A stretch of DNA of 64,000 bases from Anthoceros angustus (Eukaryota; Plantae; Anthocerotophyta), in the NCBI GenBank assembly GCA_010909165.1, contig VJWM01000178.1, positions 372,001 to 436,000 on the forward strand. Reading direction: 5' to 3'. Each line of letters opens with the position of its first letter. Positions within the stretch are counted from its first letter, which is position 1. Of the stretch, positions 52,068 through 62,799 are shown piece by piece. Position numbers and translations under genes: made by a program. The notes below the pieces were generated by a model. That model worked only from the letters and a program-made list of their open reading frames with translations. It was not told where the DNA came from and did no database searches.

Positions 52068-55000
52068 CTAAGCCCCACTCGTGTGGGTTTTGGAAAATTT
52101 GTCTCCCTCCAGATGTAGCAATTCCCCTCCTTGTTCCAGGTGAAAAACATCTCGCTGAGCCTTGCATGTAGCTACACCTCCAATCTCAAGATGCTTCGTA
52201 TCCCCAACCAAAAACCCATGCACCAGTCCATCCAAATCTGTCCACCAGCTCTGGCCTGGCTGCTTCCAGGCCCCATAACCAATTCTCCTCACCTGCATCT
52301 CCTGCGCATGATCCCACATCTGGGCACCCGTGTATATGCTCGACATCAACACATACGCTGCAGCGTCTTTCTTGTCGAGTTTCACTGCTTCATCAAAAGC
52401 ATGGCATCCCACCTCCACATTGCCCCACTTTCGACAAGCATTCAACAGAGTGTGCCAAACTGCAGCATTAGCTTGGACAGGCATTGCCCTTATCAATGCT
52501 AGCGACTCGTTGAGTTGGCCTGCACGGCCCAAGAGATCCACCATGCAAGTGTAGTGCTCCACTGTAGGACTGATGCCATAATCTTTCCTCATGGCCTCAA
52601 AGTACTCCCGCCCTTTGTCCACTAGCCCTGCATGACTGCATACTGTGAGTACACTAAGGAATGTGATGCTGGAAGGCTGTATGTCATCCTCTCTCATTCT
52701 GCAGAACAGGTCAAAGACCACTTCACTGTCTCCTTGACGAGTGTAGCCTGCAATCAGTGCATTCCAGGTGACAACATCTTTTTCAGGCAATGCCTCGAAC
52801 ACATGTTGCGCATCAAACATACTCCCTGATTTCCCATACATGTTTATCAAACTGCGGGCTACAAGGACATCAGCTTGGAGCCCTTGTTCTTTGATCTGTG
52901 CATGAAGCTGCTTTCCCATATGCAAAGCTGCTCCGTTTCCACATGCCTGCAGGAGGCAAGTATATGTAAACGAATCAGGTGCAACGACGCCTTCATCTGC
53001 CATAGCACTGTAAAGGCACAGAGCTTCCTGCCCCATTCCCTGTTGGGAATATCCTGCTATAAGTGTTGTCCATGTCACCACATTTTTCTCACAGAGCCCA
53101 TCAAAAACGCCCTGAGAATCCTCCAGACTGCCACACTTCGCGTACATGTTCACCAAACTGCTGGCTATAAACAAATCAGCTTGAAGCCCTCGTTCTTTAA
53201 TTTGTGCATGAAGCTCCTTCCCTTTATCCAAAGCTGGGGGGCCAACACATGCACATGCTTGAAGGAGGTACACAAATGTCAGCCCAACAGGTACTGCCAA
53301 GCCTTCTTCCTGCATTGTATTGTATCGACGGAGGGCTTCCTGACCCATGCCGTTTTGAGAATATCCTGCTATAAGAGCCGTCCACGTCACAATGTTTCTC
53401 TGACCAAGCCCGTCAAACACAGCCTGAGCATCTTCCATGCTGCCACACTTAGCATACATGTTAACCAAGCTTGACCCTAAAATCACATCAGCCTGAAGTC
53501 CTCGTTGTCTAATCTCTGCATGAAGCTGTTTCCCCTCTGCCAAAGCCCGGTTGCCTACACTTGCACATGCCTGCAGTAGAGAGACAAATGTTACACAATC
53601 CGGTACAGTAACGCCTTCTTCCTGCATAGCACTGTAAAGAAGAAGAGCTTCCTGACCCATGCCTTGCTTTGAGTATCCTGCTAAAAGCGCTGTCCATGTC
53701 ACCACATCTTTTTGAGTGAGTCCATCGAACACTCTCTGGGCGTCTCCAAGGCTGCCACACTTTGCATACATGTTCACCAAACAGTTGGCTATGAAGTCAT
53801 CAACTTGATGTCCTTGTTCTCTAATTTGTGCATGAAGCTGCCTACCCTTGTCCAAAGCCGAGGTGCCGACACTTGCACATGCCTGCAGGAGGCACACAAA
53901 AGTTACAGAATCAGGTGCAGCCACACCACCTTCTTGCATCATGCTGTAAAGGCGCAGTGCATCATGACCCATGCCCCGCTGGGAATATCCTGCTATCAAC
54001 GCGGTCCATGTCACGACATTCTTTTGACCGAGCCTGTCAAACACCACCTGAGCGTCGTCCAAGCTCCCACACTTGGCATACATGTTTACGAGGCTGCAGC
54101 CCAATAGGACTTCAGTCTCAAGTCCTTGTTCTCCAATCTGTGCATGAAGCTGTCTCCCCTTTTCCAAAGCTGGACCGCCCACACTTGCACATGCCTGCAG
54201 GAGAGATGCAAATGTCACAGCGTCGGGTACAGCAGTTCCTTCCTTCTGCATGGCACTGTAAAGACAGAGCGCTTCCTGAGCCATGCCCTGCTGCAAATAT
54301 CCTCCTAGCAAAGCTGTCCAGGTCACCACGTTCTTGTTACCAAGTCCGTCAAACACTCTCTGAGCGTCTTCCAAGCTGCCACACTTTGCATACATGTTCA
54401 CCAAGCTATTGGCCACAAACACATCAGCTTCATACCCTCCTTCACTAATTCTTGAGTGAAGCTGCTTACCAATTGCCAAACCTGGAGAGCCCACACTTGC
54501 ACAAGCCTGGAGGAGGCACAAGAAGGTTACAGAAGTAGGTGAAGCAGTAACTTCTTCTTCCATAGCACTGTAAAGACGAAGCGCTTCCCAGCCCAACCCC
54601 TGCTGGGAATATCCTGCTATTATGGCATTCCAAGTCACTATATCCTTTCGACCAAGTCCGTCAAACACTTTCTGAGCATCCTCCAAGCTGTCACACTTTG
54701 CATACATGTCCACCAGGGCATTACAAACAAACAAACTATGGTCACTCCCAGAGGCCAACACATCGGCATGCACCTGCTGCCCAGTTTTTAAGTCTGCTCC
54801 CCTTGCACAAGCCTGAAGGGCTGCCACAAACACATGCCCATCTGGCTTCACACCTGACCTTCGCATCCGCTTATACAGCTGTATGGCCTGCTCAGGTTTT
54901 CCGTGGCGAACATTTGCAGAAATGACGGAAGACCACATGAAGGCATCTGGTTTGGCAGCCACGGTAAACACATCCATCATTTCAGCCAACAGGGCATGGG

Positions 55001-55346
55001 CAGCATACATTCGCATGATGTGGTTGCACAAAAAAGTATCCGACTCATACCCCTTCATCACCACCAAAGCATGGACACGGCGACCCACAACCGGATCCCT
55101 CTGAGTTTCACACCTTTTTATGACAGCACGAAAAAGAGATTGAGCAATACAACAGTCTATCTGCACCAGAACTCCCAGAGCCTCCGCAGCTTCATTGAGC
55201 TGCCCCTGCTGACATAGATGGCTCACAGTTTCAGCCGTCACGTCCCACTGATATCCTGCAGCGCTGAATTTGAGGTCCGCCATCCCACCAACTTTCCTTG
55301 GCCGCCACAGTTGTCGCCCACTCCGTAGCTGAAGTGCAATACCCAT
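52068..55346 (-). CDS. PLS-class PPR protein (~8 PLS triplets, E1-E2, partial E+ with PGxSWW box), candidate organellar RNA-editing factor; start uncertain
   Basis: Intron-less ORF of >1000 aa with repeated LVNMYAKCGS.EDA..VFD / VVTWTALIAGY / VTFV.LLQACA motifs, HYTCMVDLLGRAG, VWHTLLNAC, YVLMSSIY and KQPGQSWWTD..VHGFLVGD. No DYW catalytic core. Confidence 0.95.
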   Translation of the reverse strand: MGIALQLRSGRQLWRPRKVGGMADLKFSAAGYQWDVTAETVSHLCQQGQLNEAAEALGVLVQIDCCIAQSLFRAVIKRCETQRDPVVGRRVHALVVMKGYESDTFLCNHIMRMYAAHALLAEMMDVFTVAAKPDAFMWSSVISANVRHGKPEQAIQLYKRMRRSGVKPDGHVFVAALQACARGADLKTGQQVHADVLASGSDHSLFVCNALVDMYAKCDSLEDAQKVFDGLGRKDIVTWNAIIAGYSQQGLGWEALRLYSAMEEEVTASPTSVTFLCLLQACASVGSPGLAIGKQLHSRISEGGYEADVFVANSLVNMYAKCGSLEDAQRVFDGLGNKNVVTWTALLGGYLQQGMAQEALCLYSAMQKEGTAVPDAVTFASLLQACASVGGPALEKGRQLHAQIGEQGLETEVLLGCSLVNMYAKCGSLDDAQVVFDRLGQKNVVTWTALIAGYSQRGMGHDALRLYSMMQEGGVAAPDSVTFVCLLQACASVGTSALDKGRQLHAQIREQGHQVDDFIANCLVNMYAKCGSLGDAQRVFDGLTQKDVVTWTALLAGYSKQGMGQEALLLYSAMQEEGVTVPDCVTFVSLLQACASVGNRALAEGKQLHAEIRQRGLQADVILGSSLVNMYAKCGSMEDAQAVFDGLGQRNIVTWTALIAGYSQNGMGQEALRRYNTMQEEGLAVPVGLTFVYLLQACACVGPPALDKGKELHAQIKERGLQADLFIASSLVNMYAKCGSLEDSQGVFDGLCEKNVVTWTTLIAGYSQQGMGQEALCLYSAMADEGVVAPDSFTYTCLLQACGNGAALHMGKQLHAQIKEQGLQADVLVARSLINMYGKSGSMFDAQHVFEALPEKDVVTWNALIAGYTRQGDSEVVFDLFCRMREDDIQPSSITFLSVLTVCSHAGLVDKGREYFEAMRKDYGISPTVEHYTCMVDLLGRAGQLNESLALIRAMPVQANAAVWHTLLNACRKWGNVEVGCHAFDEAVKLDKKDAAAYVLMSSIYTGAQMWDHAQEMQVRRIGYGAWKQPGQSWWTDLDGLVHGFLVGDTKHLEIGGVATCKAQRDVFHLEQGGELLHLEGDKFSKTHTSGA

Positions 55347-55466
55347 GATTTCCACAGGCACAGCCAACACCTGTGACGACGTGATTGAACCCGACGGAAC
55401 CCAGCTTTTGGCGGCCGGCTGGACTAGCTGAGCCAATTACAGTGTCCATGTCCAGATACGCTACCA

Positions 55467-55545
55467 GACAATAAAACGCTCGAACAATGAGCACACCAAG
55501 GTATGGACAATAAAACGCTCGAACAATGAGCACACCAAGGTATGG
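55467..55545. repeat. Perfect 39-bp tandem duplication upstream of the PPR ORF
   Basis: GACAATAAAACGCTCGAACAATGAGCACACCAAGGTATG x2. Confidence 0.9.
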
Positions 55546-57656
55546 AACAAGCATTTCTCACCAGCCTCCCAAGCTACCGAGGCGGCCTCCAACGATGTTT
55601 CTCCGTTATCCAAGATGTCCGGCCCGGCCTCATGCAAAATGCGAAACGTCCCGAGAGAAGCCTTTCCCATAAGGTAAAAGGCAGAAGCAAGGGATTGTTC
55701 ATTTGTGTTGAAGTTTTGAACTCGAATTGAGATGGAGACTATTAGAGAGTTTGCGGGCAACGTGAATTAAAACGGGCCGCTAGAAGTACGATGGCCCCTG
55801 TCACGATGTTCATGACCTCAAACTGTATTTTTCCATGTGCCCAGCCCAAGCATCTGGTCTTAGTTGCGTCGACGAATCGGGCGCGGGATGCAGTGGTGGA
55901 AGTGTCGGGCGGTGGCGGGGGGTGGGTAAGCGTGTCCGCTGACCGTGTGTCTGCCATTGTCGCGGTTGCACGATCCACGATCCGTTCTACGTCGAGGCCC
56001 CCTCGGCGCGGGCTAGCGCGAGCGTAAGCCGGCGGCGATCGCATGTTGCTAGTTTGAGTTCAAGTTTCTCGCTCGCTATGCAGGTCATCCAAGGACACCG
56101 TGGAAATCTTCAATTGGGCCGCGTAGAGTGGTGCACATCAAAGACCTAACCGCACGGCATATCACTTGTGTCTGCAACCAAAAAAAGCACACCAGCTGTT
56201 CGTCTATCTGAGGGGGCGCTGAGGATTTGGGTCACTGGGATTGGGCGCCTCTTCTCCGAGAACTGAATCTGCTCAGCTGTTGACACGGCTGCTCTGTCGC
56301 AGCAGAGATTGCGTAGTGCCCAGCAGTTTCGGCCCGAGGAGGACAGTAGAGGGTGTGAAGAGAGGAGAAGCACGCAAGCTTAGCACCTTGTACATCGAGG
56401 CGGTGGACTGTCACTCCTTTGATGCCTGCAGGCGCATGGTCTTGTGTTTGCAGGGTGTACGGTGCGTCGATACTGAGCTGCAGCCAGGCGCACAGTGCTC
56501 CACTGCTGCTGGTGCCTGCTGCAGCAACCTGACCGTTCATCCAGGGACTGCTGCAGTCACATGAAACTTTTGTTATAAGAGAACAGAGAGTGGAGGCGGA
56601 GAGCTCAACTGGCAGAAAACAAAACAAAACGCTGTCTCACCTGGGTGCTTGTCTTCATCCATGACAGCGTCCATTGAGCCGTCAGTCATTTCCTTGAGGG
56701 TGGTCAACATCTATCATTACTGCATTAGCAGTGTCCCGTGTGCCCTCAATCTCTGTGTCCTCCTTTTCGTTGTTCTTCCCCAGTTCGCCTTCTGCAGGGC
56801 TGCTGCCTTCAGCTGCAGCTCGCCCTTGGAAGATTCGGCTGTCCCCTCGAACTTCGGGAACGAAATTGCCCATCACAGCCCGATTCTGTCACCTCACAAA
56901 CTCCGCATCTCCAGCCACACTTTCTGTTCCTCGGACAGACATATCGGCGCCATAGTAGTCACACTGAATCTCTGCTTCATGGCTGGCACCCATCCCAACA
57001 CTCCCACCCACAACTATGCTTACTACCCCACGAGTCCCAGTGCGAATGATTGCCGCACTTGTATCGCCACCTTCTTCACCCCCTCCTTCATCACTTTTTT
57101 TGAGACAGCCTGGGAATCCTTGCTTTAAGCGCTGCGACACATACTGTGCTGCGCCTGCGGCACAGCGCGGACACCCTCGTCCTGTCCATCACATTCACTT
57201 CTCTTCACACTTACCACTGAGGAAGTTGTCCACACTTTCCATGGAGTTGTCCTGCTTGTTCTGTTGACAGGTGTCTATCGCCCGCACGGACGACGAGCGA
57301 TCGGTAAATCTAGACTCGACCATTTGGCCCAGGAAGAAACCGATCCACTCCGAAGCTCCCTCTCGGTCATTTCTCTGTCTCAAGCTTGGACACTGATCTG
57401 TCACCGCTGCTCCCCTGGAAACCTGGTCAACAGCAGAACCTCCTCCAGCGCGTCAGCGTTTTGAGGAGTCCGTGGCACAACGCTTCCCCTTCCCTACTTC
57501 GCCCTGATCAACCACGGTCCCTTGAGCACTGTCCGCTTCAATCTGCCGACTCTGAGCAGCATCCACAGTGCTCCCACCATAGGCAACTCATGGTTTCGGA
57601 TCACGAGGCAGAGCAGGGAGCAGGGAGCAGATTGCCGTGCCATGGGGAAACCGTGG

Positions 57657-58109
57657 TCATCCTTCCAAGGATGTGCACGTGCTGGGAACTAGCGTTTGTG
57701 ACATTTCTGGTGGCACAATATCACTCCCACCAGTAGACTCAGTAGCGGCCTTGGAGGCCATAGATTTCTGAGCCACAGGAGTCGGAGAGTCGGTGAAGCA
57801 TTTGTCGAAGGTGACAGTGGCCGCAGCATACATCTTCTGCACTTTCGTCAGGTTCTTGTTCAGCTGGTTGATGAGATCCACGTTGCTGGTGATGCGCTCC
57901 GAGATGCCAGACTGATGATTCTGGTTGATCTTACCAATGAGAACCCGGTTATGGTCCAACAGAGCTTGCACTCTCGCAAAACACTGTTGAAACTTCTCCC
58001 ACTTCTTCCTATCAAAGTCAAGGTCGCTGCAGTCTTCCCCAACCGGTTTCTCAAACTCCAGGTTCTGTTCCATCATCTCGACCACGCTCTTAGCCTGCGG
58101 CTTCGACAT
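57657..58109 (-). CDS. EARLY FLOWERING 4-like protein (DUF1313)
   Basis: WEKFQQCFARVQALLDHNRVLIGKINQNHQSGISERITSNVDLINQLNKNLTKVQKMY matches the ELF4-family helical hairpin. Confidence 0.85.
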   Translation of the reverse strand: MSKPQAKSVVEMMEQNLEFEKPVGEDCSDLDFDRKKWEKFQQCFARVQALLDHNRVLIGKINQNHQSGISERITSNVDLINQLNKNLTKVQKMYAAATVTFDKCFTDSPTPVAQKSMASKAATESTGGSDIVPPEMSQTLVPSTCTSLEG

Positions 58110-58537
58110 GTCAGGAAGCTACACCACACAGCTTCCCTGCAAAACGTCACGTCACGCAACACAACGCGTCTGCTTCCTGTTCATGTTCAGACAGCTACAT
58201 CCACTTCAATCTGGCCCCTCTCCCCTCCCCTGCACCGCAATCCGGAACAACAAGCTCAGCTCAGTCGCTCCCCCGGCTCTCCCCCACCCTGCCCTACCCT
58301 GCAGCCACTCACCACGCGATGTCAGCACATCACACCAACCGAGGGCCTAGGCAGCCACTCCCTCGATGCCCCCGCTCCCATCCAGCCGTGCATGCGACCA
58401 AACCCACACCGGCCAGCTCCCGCTCGCTCCCGCGCCTCTACATAACCAAAATCCACAGATCTTCCAATCCCTCTCACAAACGCTCCTTGGCGTCAATCTC
58501 CTCTCAACGCCACACCGCAGAACAACCTCCACACGCA

Positions 58538-58745
58538 TCTTCCTTCCTTCCTCCCTCCCTCCCTTTCTTCCTTTACTCCTTCCTTCCTCCCTCCCTCCCT
58601 TTCTTCCTTCCTTCCTTCCTTCCTTCCTTCCTTCCTTCCTTCCTTCCTTCCTTCCTTCCTTCCTTGCTCCTCCGTCTCCTTCCTTCCCGTCTCCCTTCCT
58701 CCACCTTTCCCTTCCTTCCTTTCCTCACTTCCTCCCTTCTCCCTC
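58538..58745. repeat. (CTTC)n / polypyrimidine microsatellite
   Basis: Long CCTT/CTTC array upstream of the ELF4-like ATG. Confidence 0.95.
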
Positions 58746-58878
58746 CCGCGCTCCCTCCGTCCTCCACCTCGAAGCTGGATCGGTCAACCGCGGCAGCACG
58801 GCACCAAACCCTGCGCCAACCAGCCCGCTGCCATGTGCATCCTCCTCAGCCTTGCGAGGGCGAGGGCTGCAGGGCAGG

Positions 58879-61800
58879 GCGTGGCGGGGGGAGGGGAAGG
58901 AGGCGCTGCGAGGCCGCGCACCATGCCCGTCATTGCAGGGACCGCCAGCCAATGAGGCAGGGGAACGGCATGGCAGGCCGTGCACCGCCAGTGCACTGCG
59001 CTCTCTTTCCAAATCCCGGCGCCAGCGTGCCAAGCATAATCCAAATCTCGCTTCCCATTGCTGCTCGGCCTGGAATCCTGTCACAAATATCCTGCGTCTC
59101 CTGGCACGCCATTGGCTCACCACGCCCCGGGGTTCGAACCCGCCCACTCTGACGTCACTGGTTCGGTTGGTGGCATCTGCCGTGCACGCACAAAGTGGGC
59201 CAAGTGGCCAAGGCCGGCCAATGGGCGCCCGGATACAGATCTACCCTGGATCTCTCCACCCTGGATGTTTCCCCCTCCCGTAGCCGGTCGCGCTACGGGC
59301 ACGTGGCCGTCCAGTATGTCCGAAGGGACGTGTCCGCCCCCCTTCCCCACCGCGATAAATATCTCACGACCGGCCCCGCCGTCGATGTCCCATCCTACGG
59401 CCCTCGCCGCTCCACGCCTCTTCCCGTCGCCGCCGCCGCTCCACGCGTGCGGCTCCGCGCTCATTCTTCACCGGCTGTTGCCGGTCTCTCTGCCCTGACG
59501 CTCGTTGCACTGCCTGCGTTTCTTGCAACTAGGCACGGGAAGCAGGATTCTAGTGGTCTCGTGCAATTTGCACTCCGAATCTTCAGCCTAAAGTGTCAGG
59601 CAGACACTGCAGTGGCTATCCGCTACTGAATTTCTGGAATGGTTGGCAAGTGGTTATGGGTGCTGTGTTTCATGTGGGTGTTGAGGCTTAATGGGGTTCT
59701 TCTGCAGAGTAGTGAGGTGGGATCGTTTATGAAACATGGACTATCATGAGGAGCTTCCGTGAGTTGAGCAAAAGTACATTAGGTTCGAAATTTGTGAGGA
59801 GACGACAGAGCTATAGAGCCACCTTGAAAGGAGACCATAAAATCCCAAGTACCAAGATCTCCAACAAGGAAAGCACCTCCGATCCAGGACAGATCACCGT
59901 TTGATCCCATCACACTCACTCCCGGAGTGACCTCGTCTACTAGAAGCAAGAACCCACCTTCGCGACTTGGAGATGCACAAAGACAGGTGTTATCAACTTT
60001 TGGAGCAATAGCGTGATACAACATGAAACGCATCCGACATACGTCCGCAGATTTGAAATATATCTGCTTTCCGCATCACCTTGACATAACCGGTCTTCGA
60101 CAACGTACAAGACATAATACGCACTGCAGGCTTCCATGCCATGGATGACACATGCAAAGCACCAGGTCTTCCTGGGTGGGTCTGATGTCTTGTGCTGCTC
60201 CACTTAGACCATCGAAAGAACATTTTCCAAGGGCAAAACTTGGTAAGTGGGGAATACGCGTGTAAATTAAAATCTCTTGGTCCTCTCCCATTCGGTTTAC
60301 TACCTAGTCCAACAGCTTTTCTCCTGAAGAGAGAATTAAGAAAGAAAACCAATAGCATTAGCTGCACAAACCACTGAAGGAGAAGAAAATGCCATCCTGG
60401 ATCCAGCTGCTGGGATCGGACGAGCCTGGAGCTGAAGCGTGAAGAATGTGACCAGTGGCGGCTACTCCGCCAAGGTACTGCGTATTAAAGCCGCCTGCCA
60501 AAGCACAAGATCCTGTGGCAACACAAGCACCTCCAAGTAGGGCAGCATCTTGAGAAGCCCATGTTTCTTTGGACCGATCTTCAACCCCGATTGAAGTAAG
60601 TCGGCAACTAGTACATGAGCACATAGAGCGCGTGGCGGGGAGGGGAAGGAGGCGCTGCGAGGCCGCGCACCATGCCCGTCATTGCAGGGACCGCCAGCCA
60701 ATGAGGCAGGGGAACGGCATGGCAGGCCGTGCACCGCCAGTGCACTGCGCTCTCTTTCCAAATCCCGGCGCCAGCGTGCCAAGCATAATCCAAATCTCGC
60801 TTCCCATTGCTGCTCGGCCTGGAATCCTGTCACAAATATCCTGCGTCTCCTGGCACGCCATTGGCTCACCACGCCCCGGGGTTCGAACCCGCCCACTCTG
60901 ACGTCACTGGTTCGGTTGGTGGCATCTGCCGTGCACGCACAAAGTGGGCCAAGTGGCCAAGGCCGGCCAATGGGCGCCCGGATACAGATCTACCCTGGAT
61001 CTCTCCACCCTGGATGTTTCCCCCTCCCGTAGCCGGTCGCGCTACGGGCACGTGGCCGTCCAGTATGTCCGAAGGGACGTGTCCGCCCCTTCCCCACCGC
61101 GATAAAATATCTCACGACCGGCCCCGCCGTCGATGTCCCATCCTACGGCCCTCGCCGCTCCACGCCTCTTCCCGTCGCCGCCGCCGCTCCACGCGTGCGG
61201 CTCCGCGCTCATTCTTCACCGGCTGTTGCCGGTCTCTGCCCTGACGCTCGTTGCACTGCCTGCGTTTCTTGCAACCAGGCACGGGAAGCAGGATTCTAGT
61301 GGTCTCGTGCAATTTGCACTGAATCTTCAGCCTAAAGTGTCAGGCAGACACTGCAGTGGCTATCCGCTACTGAATTTCTGGAATGGTTGGCAAGTGGTTA
61401 TGGGTGCTGTGTTTCATGTGGGTGTTGAGGCTTAATGGGGTTCTTCTGCAGAGTAGTGAGGTGGGATCGTTTATGAAACATGGACTATCATGAGGAGCTT
61501 CCGTGAGTTGAGCAAAAGTACATTAGGTTCGAAATTTGTGAGGAGACGACAGAGCTATAGAGCCACCTTGAAAGGAGACCATAAAAATCCCAAGTACCAA
61601 GATCTCCAACAAGGAAAGCACCTCCGATCCAGGACAGATCACCGTTTGATCCCATCACACTCACTCCCGGAGTGACCTCGTCTACTAGAAGCAAGAACCC
61701 ACCTTCGCGACTTGGAGATGCACAAAGACAGGTGTTATCAACTTTTGGAGCAATAGCGTGATACAACATGAAACGCATCCGACATACGTCCGCAGATTTG

Positions 61801-62374
61801 AAATATATCTGCTTTCCGCATCACCTTGACATAACCGGTCTTCGACAACGTACAAGACATAATACGCACTGCAGGCTTCCATGCCATGGATGACACATGC
61901 AAAGCACCAGGTCTTCCTGGGTGGGTCTGATGTCTTGTGCCCGACCATCGAAAGAACATTTTCCAAGGGCAAAACTTGGTAAGTGGGGAATACGCGTGTA
62001 AATTAAAATCTCTTGGTCCTCTCCCATTCGGTTTACTACCTAGTCCAATGTTTTCTCCCGAGAATTAAGAAAGAAAACCAATAGCATTAGCTGCACAAAC
62101 CACTGAAGGAGAAGAAAATGCCATCCTGGATCCAGCTGCTGGGATCGGACGAGCCTGGAGCTGAAGCGTGAAGAATGTGACCAGTGGCGGCTACTCCGCC
62201 AAGGTACCTGCTGTATTCGGCAAAGCCTGCCCTGGCCAAAGCACAAGATCCCAGGGCAACACAAGCACCTCCAAGTAGGGCAGCATCTTGGAGAAGCCCA
62301 TGTTTCTTTGGACCGATCTTCAACCCCTGATTGAAGTAAGTCGGCAACTAGTACATGAGCACATAGAGCGCGTG
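58879..62374. repeat. Tandem duplication of a ~1.75-kb unit (58879-60629; 60630-62369)
   Basis: Near-identical copies with GCGTG junction microhomology. Differences are mostly short indels. Confidence 0.95.
59149..59364. promoter_or_regulatory. Cluster of TGACGTCA, CCAAT boxes, G-box (CACGTG) and Evening-Element core (AAATATCT) ~1.0-1.3 kb upstream of the ELF4-like gene
   Basis: TGACGTCA ~59150, CACGTG 59300-59305, AAATATCT 59357-59364. The full AAAATATCT is in the duplicate at 61104-61112. Confidence 0.45.
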
Positions 62375-62799
62375 ACGGAACGTGGTGTTCTTCACGACGA
62401 TGGCCCAGACTACCTGGCTTAGCTAATTTCTTCGAGCCTAGTACATATCCACGTACTTCTTCTCTCGAAGAGCTCCATCGCCTGGACTACTGGAGCAGGG
62501 CATCTCTACCCATGACGTTCGTGTCGGTTCTGGGAACATGTTTGTGCGACGCTTTACGTACTAAAGTGGGGGCTGAACCCGGATCTCTTGGGTGAAAGAG
62601 TTTCCTTCAACGCCTACACTACAACGGATTGTGAACAGCTCATACCAGGGATAGCTGTGACCGAGCCATAGCCGATGTACTTCCTCAACTATGGAACGTC
62701 TTTAGAGGATTACATTGAAGGCCATGGCAGTGCGTGTCAGTAGATAGTACTTTTGAACCTTTGTTTAGGCTCTTCAACTTACCGTTCTGTACAATATTG

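Noticed and set aside
52131-55217. Plus-strand ORFs overlapping the PPR gene
   Set aside because: They are antisense shadows of the repetitive PPR coding sequence.
58319-59283. 277- and 305-aa ORFs on the plus strand
   Set aside because: They are open only because of the (CTTC)n tract and high GC content.
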